From Longimicrobiales bacterium (GTDB taxonomy: Bacteria; Gemmatimonadota; Gemmatimonadetes; Longimicrobiales; Gaopeijiaceae), in contig OZ220732.1 of assembly GCA_965116905.1 (NCBI GenBank), positions 3,584,001-3,648,000 on the forward strand: DNA of 64,000 bases, given 5' to 3'. Position numbers and translations under genes: made by a program. Below, piece by piece: positions 57,594-64,000 of the stretch. The first letter of the stretch is position 1. The number at the start of each line of letters is the position of its first letter. The notes under the pieces are model-generated. The model saw nothing but the letters and a program-made list of their open reading frames with translations, was not told the origin of the DNA and ran no database searches.

Positions 57594-59068
57594 GGACCGG
57601 CATCCAGGTGGCCGAGCACGATCTCCCGCTCGTCGAAGGGCCGCTTCTCGGTCCCCACGACCTGGTACGTCTCGTGGCCCTTGCCGGCGAGGAGCACGGC
57701 GTCGCCCGGCCGGGCCCGGTCGAGTGCCCAGCAGATGGCGTCGCGCCGGTCCACGATCTCCACCGCGTCGGCGGCCGAGACCCCGCGCGACACCTGCGCG
57801 ACGATCTTCGCCGGATCCTCGGTGCGCGGGTTGTCCGAGGTCACGACGACCACGTCCGCGTGTCGCGAGACCGCGGCCCCCATCTCGGGACGCTTGGTCG
57901 GGTCGCGGTCCCCGCCCGCCCCGAACACCACGATGAGGCGTCCGGCCACCAGCGGCCGGAGCGCCTTCAGGACCTGATCCAGGGCGTCGGGCGTGTGGGC
58001 GAAGTCGACGAATACATCGTACGGCTCCCGCGCGATGCACTCCAGGCGACCCGGCACGGGAGAGGCTTCCCCCAGTCTCGCGGCCACACGCGCCGGGTCC
58101 TGGCCCAGTACGAGGGCGCAGGCGGCGGCGCACAGCGCGTTGGAGACGTTGAAGGCCCCGGGCAGTGGCAGGTCGACAGGTTGCCGGTGGCCCTGCCACA
58201 CGAGTTCGAAGCTCGAGCCCCGCGACGAAAGGCGGAGTCCGGCGGCACGCAGGTCCGCGGATGCCCGTATTCCGTAGGTTACGACCGGGCCCCCGGGACG
58301 GAGGACGCTCCACGCGTCGTCGTCGGCATTGATCACGGCCGTGGAGCCCCGCTTGCCCAGATCCAGGAGCCGCGCCTTCGCGGCCAGGTACCGCTCGCGG
58401 CTGCCGTGGTAGTCCAGGTGATCCCGGGTGAGGTTCGTGAAGGCGGTGACGTCGAAGCGCACGCCGTCGAGGCGGAACTGGTCGAGCGCGTGGGAGGAAC
58501 TCTCGATCACGACACCCGCAGCGCCGGCGCGGACAAGCGCGTCGAGCCACCCCGCCAGCCGCACCGGTCCGGGCGTCGTGAGCCCCTCCGTACCCTGCTC
58601 GACGCGGCCGTCGGGTCCGACCACGCCCAGCGTCCCGATCGCCGCCCACTGCACCTCGCTTGCCAACAGGCCGCGCAGCAGCAGCGTCGTCGTCGTCTTT
58701 CCGTTCGTGCCGGTCACCCCCACCGTGCGCAGCTTCCGCCAGGGCGTTCCCGTCACGAAACCGGAGGCCACGGCCGCCGCCAGCCGCGCATTGTCGACCT
58801 CGATCTGGGGGACGGGCACCGCGGGAACGGGCCGCTCGACGATGGCGGCCGCGGCCCCCGCCGCCGCTGCGCCGCCCAGGAATTCGTGCGCGTCGTGGGA
58901 TGTGCCCGCCCAGGCCACGAAGAGGTCGCCCGGTCCTACGGCCCGCGAGTCCTGCTGCACGCCGGAAACCTCCACGTGGCCCATCTCGCCGCGTGGAGGC
59001 ACCATCCGGCGAACGACAACTCCGGCATCCTCGATCGCCGCCAGCACGCGCGTCATGGCCACGGTCAC
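57590..59068 (-). CDS. murE: UDP-MurNAc-dipeptide--meso-DAP ligase
   Basis: TGTNGKTTT, SSHAL, TNLTRDHLDYH, DFAHTPD, DNPR (mDAP-type), GKGHE. Confidence 0.95.
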   Translation of the reverse strand: MTVAMTRVLAAIEDAGVVVRRMVPPRGEMGHVEVSGVQQDSRAVGPGDLFVAWAGTSHDAHEFLGGAAAAGAAAAIVERPVPAVPVPQIEVDNARLAAAVASGFVTGTPWRKLRTVGVTGTNGKTTTTLLLRGLLASEVQWAAIGTLGVVGPDGRVEQGTEGLTTPGPVRLAGWLDALVRAGAAGVVIESSSHALDQFRLDGVRFDVTAFTNLTRDHLDYHGSRERYLAAKARLLDLGKRGSTAVINADDDAWSVLRPGGPVVTYGIRASADLRAAGLRLSSRGSSFELVWQGHRQPVDLPLPGAFNVSNALCAAACALVLGQDPARVAARLGEASPVPGRLECIAREPYDVFVDFAHTPDALDQVLKALRPLVAGRLIVVFGAGGDRDPTKRPEMGAAVSRHADVVVVTSDNPRTEDPAKIVAQVSRGVSAADAVEIVDRRDAICWALDRARPGDAVLLAGKGHETYQVVGTEKRPFDEREIVLGHLDAGP

Positions 59069-61128
59069 CCCTCCTGCCCCAGCACTCGCACGGTATCTCC
59101 GACCGCGACGCCGGTGCCCGCCGGAGGGACCGTCATCAGCACGGCGCCTCCGCCATCGAGCCACACGCGCAAGCCCATCCTGTGCAGCCTGCGGATCGCG
59201 ACCCGGATCGGTGCCCCATTGAGGTCTGGAACCGACATGCTCCTCGCGGGTGGAATCGGCGCACCGGAGCCGAGCGCGCCAGCGCCCAGCGCATCGGAGC
59301 CCAGCGCATCGGAGCCCGGCACGTCGGAGCCCAGCACGTCGGAGCCCAGCACGTCGGAGCCCAGCGCATCGACCGGCACCCCGTTCTCCCGGCTGGCTGC
59401 CGCGAAGTGCACCACCGGCTCGTTCCCCACCTCCGACGGGACGGGACGCCGCGCCAGTGCCAGGGCCCCGCGGTCCAGCGGAACCCGCCGGGCCGGCAGG
59501 AGACTTTCGAGCATCGCCCGCGTGAGCGGCGCCGCGACGGCACCCCCGTAGTATTCGCCAGACGGGCGGTCCAGCTTCGCGAAGAGCAGGAGCTGCGGAT
59601 CGTCCGCGGGAAAGAATGCTCCAAAGGACGCGAAGTAGGCGTTGCCCTCGTAGCGTCCATCGTCCCCGACCGCGCGGGCCGTGCCGCTCTTGCCGGCGAC
59701 CAGGAACGAAGACATCCGCGCACGCGTACCCGTTCCCTGCTCCACGACATCGACCAGCACCGGCCTCAGGGCCTCGGTGACCTGCCTCGGGACCGCACGC
59801 CGCACGGTGCGGGGGCTGCCGAAGCGAACCGGTCGCCCGTCTCGGTCGCGCACCTCCCTGATCAGGCGCGGCTCCATCAGCCAGCCGTCGTTCGCCAGCG
59901 CCCCGAACGCCATCGCCATCTGCAGCGACGTAACCGAGAGCTCATAGCCGAACGCGAGGGACTGCCCCGACAACGCCGACCACTGATCCGGCCTTCTGAG
60001 CATGCCGGCCGCCTCGCCCGGCAGCATGATCCCGGTCCGGGTGCCGAATCCGAAGTCCCGCAGGTTCGTGTACTGCTGCGCCTCGGTGAGCCCTTCCGCG
60101 AACTTGGCGATGCCGACGTTGGACGAGCGCTGGACGACCTCGTACAGGGTCAGCCAGCCACCGCCGTGGATGTCGTTGATCTGCCGCGTACCGACCTTCC
60201 AGCTGCCCGTGCCGGTGTCCACCGAGTCCGCCAGCGATGCGACCCGGTGCCGCAGGAGGGCAGCGGTGGTGAACGGCTTGATCGTGGACCCCGGTTCATA
60301 GGGGGCGTTGACCGCTGACAGCGAGTTGTTCGACCCGTCGCTCAGGGAGGCAATCGCGAGGACTTCGCCGGTCCGGGGATCGGTAATGACGAGATCCCCG
60401 CCGCGGGCTCCGGTGGAGTCGACGGACATGGCGAGGAGTTCCTCGGCCAGAGCCTGCAGGTGTTCGTCGATCGTGAGCACGACGTCGCGCCCGGCCAGGG
60501 GTTCCTGGACGGTGATGACCTTGCCCGGTATCTCCCGTCCGCGATTGTCCCGCTCCACGATCTCCCGCCCGGTTCTTCCGGCCAGCACCGAATCCATCGT
60601 CTGCTCGATTCCCCCTGTCCCCACACCCTCCTGGACGACTCCAAGCAAGCCACGGGCCAGCTTTTCACGGGGGTAAAAGCGTCGCAGCTCGCCCTGGACG
60701 TGCACGCCGCGCAGTCCGCGGAGGCCTTCGACCTGCGTCATGGAGTACCGGCCGCGTACAACGCGCCACGGTCGTGTATCAACGGACACATTGTGCGCGA
60801 CGTCCGGGCGCAGTCCCAGGTGCTGCTCCAGCGCGGCGATAACCTCTTTCCGGTCCCGGATCTCGCTCGGCGCGACCGCGACGGCAGCCCGCCAGTGGCT
60901 CACGGCCAGCTCGGAGCCGTTGCGATCGAGAATGCGGCCCCTGGGCGCTGGAACGACCCTGCTCATCAACTGCTGGCCGGCGGCGTCCTCCCTCCAGGCA
61001 AACCGCTCGGCGACCTGCACCTCGGCGGCGCGTCCGAGCAGCACGGTCGCGAGGACCACCCAGAACAACAGCATGAAGCGGCGCCGGATCTCGACGCGCC
61101 GGTACGGATCGCGCTGCTTCAGACTCAT
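59065..61128 (-). CDS. ftsI: Peptidoglycan D,D-transpeptidase FtsI/PBP3 with a C-terminal PASTA domain
   Basis: RGRILDRNG, EPGSTIK (SxxK), SSN, KSGTA, PASTA VPDL.G. Confidence 0.93.
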   Translation of the reverse strand: MSLKQRDPYRRVEIRRRFMLLFWVVLATVLLGRAAEVQVAERFAWREDAAGQQLMSRVVPAPRGRILDRNGSELAVSHWRAAVAVAPSEIRDRKEVIAALEQHLGLRPDVAHNVSVDTRPWRVVRGRYSMTQVEGLRGLRGVHVQGELRRFYPREKLARGLLGVVQEGVGTGGIEQTMDSVLAGRTGREIVERDNRGREIPGKVITVQEPLAGRDVVLTIDEHLQALAEELLAMSVDSTGARGGDLVITDPRTGEVLAIASLSDGSNNSLSAVNAPYEPGSTIKPFTTAALLRHRVASLADSVDTGTGSWKVGTRQINDIHGGGWLTLYEVVQRSSNVGIAKFAEGLTEAQQYTNLRDFGFGTRTGIMLPGEAAGMLRRPDQWSALSGQSLAFGYELSVTSLQMAMAFGALANDGWLMEPRLIREVRDRDGRPVRFGSPRTVRRAVPRQVTEALRPVLVDVVEQGTGTRARMSSFLVAGKSGTARAVGDDGRYEGNAYFASFGAFFPADDPQLLLFAKLDRPSGEYYGGAVAAPLTRAMLESLLPARRVPLDRGALALARRPVPSEVGNEPVVHFAAASRENGVPVDALGSDVLGSDVLGSDVPGSDALGSDALGAGALGSGAPIPPARSMSVPDLNGAPIRVAIRRLHRMGLRVWLDGGGAVLMTVPPAGTGVAVGDTVRVLGQEG
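59266..59371. repeat. 15-bp coding tandem repeat, about x7 (ALGSD/VLGSD) in the ftsI linker
   Basis: ggagcccagc(gcatc/acgtc) units. Confidence 0.9.
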
Positions 61129-61415
61129 GGCGCGCCCCCCGATGCGATGATGGTCTCCCGTTCGCTCGCGGGCCGCAGCCCCAGCCTTCCGGCGGCCTCC
61201 GCAACGACCCAGGACCGCCGCTCGATGCCGACGAGCTCGAGCGCCAACTCTTCCCGCCGGTCGGCCAGGACGGCCAGCTCCGTGTCGATCCGGTCCAGCG
61301 ATTCGAGGGTTTCCCGGGTGGTCGATTGGCGCCACTGCACGGTCGCCAGAGAGGCGGTCACTGCGGCGAGCACGACGATCCACCTCCCCCTTCCCCGCCC
61401 CGGGCGGCGCCTCAC
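61125..61415 (-). CDS. ftsL: Cell division protein FtsL-like
   Basis: Basic N terminus, one TM, coiled coil; between rsmH and ftsI with 4-bp overlaps. Confidence 0.7.
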   Translation of the reverse strand: MRRRPGRGRGRWIVVLAAVTASLATVQWRQSTTRETLESLDRIDTELAVLADRREELALELVGIERRSWVVAEAAGRLGLRPASERETIIASGGAP

Positions 61416-62377
61416 GCGGCCCGCCTCCAGGCCCGCAGCCTGGCTGCACGGGCGCGCGGGTTGGTCTCGACCTCCGCGCTGCCCGGCGTGACCGGCTTCC
61501 GCGTCAGCACGGTGCCCCGGCTCTTCAGCTCCGCGGCGCGCACGGGGAGGCGCGGAGGCAGCCCGTGGGAGGGATCGCTCCATTCCCGGAAGGCGCGCTT
61601 GACCACCCCGTCCTCGACCGAGTGATAGGAGATCACCACGAATGCGGCACCGGGCAGCAGGGCGTCCCGGATGGCGGGAAGCGCCTCCTGCAGGGCTTCG
61701 ATCTCCTCGTTCACGCGAATGCGCAGCGCCTGGAAGAGGCGCGCCTTCTCGGCGTGTGCAGCGCGGCGCCCCAGCACCGATTCCAGGACGGCGACGAGAT
61801 CATCGCTGGTCCGAAACGGCCTGTCCGCGCGGCGTCCGACGATGCGGGCCGCCACTGCCGCCGGCCGGGGCGCCTGGCCCTCGCGAAGTGCCCGCAGGAG
61901 TTCGGCACGCGAAGCCGAGGCCAGGAACGCGGCGGCGGTCAGCGGCGCCCCCGGGTCCATGCGCATGTCCAGCGCAGTCCCGCGGCGAAGGGAGAAGCCC
62001 CGCTCACGCGCGTCGAGCTGATGGGAGCTCACGCCCAGATCCAGGATCGCGCCGGCCAGCCCTTCGGCCCGCACTCGGGAATCGTTGCCGGCGCGCCGGA
62101 ACGACATGTGGCCGAACATCACCCGCCCGGCGAACCGGCGCAGGCGTGAGCGGGCGGCCTCCAGAGCCTCGGGGTCGCGGTCGACGGCGAGCACCTGGCA
62201 GTCCAGGCACCGCTCGAGAATGGCCTCCGAGTGGCCGCCGCCCCCTGCCGTGCCATCGAGGTACAGTCCGCGGCCGCCAAGCAGGTGGCTCATGGTCTCC
62301 TCCAGTAGCACGGGACGGTGATACTCCGGGACGCGCGCACGGGGGTCACCCGAAGATCTGGGCCGCGAAGTCGTCAT
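61412..62377 (-). CDS. rsmH: 16S rRNA m4C1402 methyltransferase
   Basis: HRPVLLEE, DGTAGGGGHS, DLGVSSHQLD, FQALRI.VN.E, ISYHSVED, NPRAR; start uncertain. Confidence 0.95.
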   Translation of the reverse strand: MTTSRPRSSGDPRARVPEYHRPVLLEETMSHLLGGRGLYLDGTAGGGGHSEAILERCLDCQVLAVDRDPEALEAARSRLRRFAGRVMFGHMSFRRAGNDSRVRAEGLAGAILDLGVSSHQLDARERGFSLRRGTALDMRMDPGAPLTAAAFLASASRAELLRALREGQAPRPAAVAARIVGRRADRPFRTSDDLVAVLESVLGRRAAHAEKARLFQALRIRVNEEIEALQEALPAIRDALLPGAAFVVISYHSVEDGVVKRAFREWSDPSHGLPPRLPVRAAELKSRGTVLTRKPVTPGSAEVETNPRARAARLRAWRRAA

Positions 62378-62777
62378 CGTCTTCGTCCACCTCGCAGATG
62401 TGATCCTCGAATCGCTTCGGAGGCCACAGCTCGATCCGGTCCAGTGCTCCGACAAACACCACCGACTCTTCGAGCCCCACCTGCTGCCGGAGCAGGGGCG
62501 GAATGCGGATCCGCCCGTGCTTGTCCGGTTCCACCTCCACTGCACTGCCCGTGATCCGCCGTACGTAGGCCCCGCGGTCCCCCCGGGCTCTCCGGTAGCT
62601 CAGCAGATTCTTGCGGATGTCCGCCCAGGTTTCCTCCGGGAAGAGGTCGAGATGCGTGTCCTGCCACTGCAGCAGCACCATCGGATACGAGGACACCGCA
62701 CGACGAAACGCCGAAGGCAAGCTGACCCGCCCCTTTGCGTCGATCTGGTATTCGTGTCGGCCAAGGAACCCAGGCAT
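62346..62777 (-). CDS. mraZ: Transcriptional regulator MraZ
   Basis: FLG.....IDAKGRVSLP, DKHGRI.IP, GALDRIELW. Confidence 0.95.
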   Translation of the reverse strand: MPGFLGRHEYQIDAKGRVSLPSAFRRAVSSYPMVLLQWQDTHLDLFPEETWADIRKNLLSYRRARGDRGAYVRRITGSAVEVEPDKHGRIRIPPLLRQQVGLEESVVFVGALDRIELWPPKRFEDHICEVDEDDDDFAAQIFG

Positions 62778-62784
62778 GGTCTCC

Positions 62785-62812
62785 TATCCCCTGTTATCCC
62801 ACTCTATCCCAC
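62785..62812 (-). promoter_or_regulatory. MraZ-binding dcw box (10-bp-period GTGGG repeats)
   Basis: Minus strand gtgggataga-gtgggataac-aggggata; a further GTGGG at 62849-62853. Confidence 0.8.
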
Positions 62813-62883
62813 GCTAATACACTCGCCCCCCCTTTCGCAATACCAAATCCCACTCGTCCGTGCCTTGATCCCCGTTTTGGGGC

Positions 62884-62923
62884 AAAAAAAGGGCGCCGCG
62901 GGCTCAAACGGCCCGCGGCGCCC
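62884..62923 (-). terminator. Intrinsic terminator after the TPR gene
   Basis: 13-bp GC stem (gggcgccgcgggc / gcccgcggcgccc) followed by T7 on the minus strand. Confidence 0.9.
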
Positions 62924-62949
62924 CCGTCGAGCGCCTACGGCGAGCGGAT

Positions 62950-64000
62950 TCAGCGCCCTCTCTGAATGATCGCTTCCTGGATCTCGATATACTGCTGCGT
63001 GGCGTCCTTGAACTGCTGCAATCCGATGGCGTTGGCTTCGGCGTAGGACGCAACCCTCGGAAGCGCGAAGAGCCGCGCCGACTGCTGGAACTTGGGCAGC
63101 GTCAACTGCGCGGTCTCCAGGGTCTGCGGCCGCTCCTGCTCCAGTGCCTGGTTGAAGAGTGAGAAGCCGTGCCAGAAGTCCAGCTGTCCCCTCGTGCCGT
63201 CGTTGACCTCGTTCTCGAAGGACTTGGCGAGACCGATGACGCGCAGGGCGTGTCCCCAATCCTTCGGGACGACACCCTTCGAGTGCGCGTTGGCCAGGAG
63301 CAGGACCGCCATGGCGTCGGCGGTCTGCTCGCCCTTCTCGACCGCCTCCTGCAGGAAGCCCAGCGCCTCGTCCTCCTGGCCGACCTCAAGCAGCCAGGAG
63401 CCCTGCCGCGCCTTGACGTTGGCGAAACCCGGATCCCGCGTCTCCACCTCGTTCAGCGCCGCGATCGCGTCCTCGACGCGCTCCGCCCGCTTGAGGACAT
63501 CCGCGTAACGGGACCAGAGCGAGGCGTCGTCTCCGTGCGTTTCGAGCGCGCGCGACGCCATGTCGATCGCGTCCTGGAGCTGATCCAGTTCCATGTAGCC
63601 GGCGATCATGGTGAGCACGTGGCTCACCTCCATCTCGTCCCCCTGCACCGCATACACGGACTCGTACGAGCCGATCGCCTTGCGATAGAGTTCGGCAGCG
63701 TCGGCGGCAAGCGAGGCCCCGGGCTCCGCGGTGCTCGTGATGTCCTGCGCGGCGCGGGTCGCGAAGGCGGCATGCCGAAGCAACAGTTCCACGTCGTTCG
63801 CGTCGATCGCGAGACCCTCCTCCGTCAGGAGCATCGCACCCTCGACGTCACCGGCCTGGGCCAGGTCATAGGCGATCTGCATCCGTACGCGCGCGTCACC
63901 CGGATTCAATGCGAGGTAGGCCGAATAGTGCTCCCGGGCCTCATCGTTCCGTTCCAGGTTGGCCGCCACGTACCCGGCGAGCTGAAGCGCGCCCTCGTGC
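62950..64000 (-). CDS. Tetratricopeptide repeat protein, 5'-partial
   Basis: Repeated A...Y..AL..NP / W..YA..L helical units; the frame runs off the window edge. Confidence 0.8.
   Translation of the reverse strand, partial: HEGALQLAGYVAANLERNDEAREHYSAYLALNPGDARVRMQIAYDLAQAGDVEGAMLLTEEGLAIDANDVELLLRHAAFATRAAQDITSTAEPGASLAADAAELYRKAIGSYESVYAVQGDEMEVSHVLTMIAGYMELDQLQDAIDMASRALETHGDDASLWSRYADVLKRAERVEDAIAALNEVETRDPGFANVKARQGSWLLEVGQEDEALGFLQEAVEKGEQTADAMAVLLLANAHSKGVVPKDWGHALRVIGLAKSFENEVNDGTRGQLDFWHGFSLFNQALEQERPQTLETAQLTLPKFQQSARLFALPRVASYAEANAIGLQQFKDATQQYIEIQEAIIQRGR

Noticed and set aside
62330..62377. Possible rsmH 5' frameshift (the GTGA overlap with mraZ is out of frame)
   Set aside because: An in-frame ATG at 62377 overlapping the mraZ 3' end gives an intact protein.

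Overview
High-GC (roughly 70% by eye) bacterial window. The gene order and protein style suggest Gemmatimonadota, possibly a Palauibacter-like sponge associate; this assignment is inference only. The right ~37 kb (26.5-64 kb) is housekeeping, almost all on the minus strand: TPR protein, dcw cluster (mraZ-rsmH-ftsL-ftsI-murE-murF-mraY-murD-ftsW-murG-murC-ftsQ-ftsA-ftsZ), M23 peptidase, ftsY, recG, asnS, alr, cdd, mtaB, miaB, comEC and fbp. The left ~26 kb is more accessory: secreted peptidases (M24, M8-like, S8), a SAM-I-riboswitch-controlled metX-metB-aspartokinase operon, pheA, an NCS2 permease fusion and ABC-F. Three loci stand out. (1) A DUF222/HNH nuclease gene is bracketed by two inverted, AT-rich 28-bp sites with 11-6-11 dif/tyrosine-recombinase architecture (3611-3638, 5182-5209). 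(2) A lower-GC module reads promoter -> short structured RNA -> terminator -> DUF3800 gene (17070-17929), the layout of RNA-antitoxin (type III-like) systems. (3) A Cre-like tyrosine recombinase sits head-to-head with a 5'-decapitated giant repeat surface-protein gene (20141-25314), suggesting a silent cassette or recombinase-driven variation. Short tandem duplications are common at gene ends and in protein linkers. No rRNA, complete tRNA or CRISPR array was seen.
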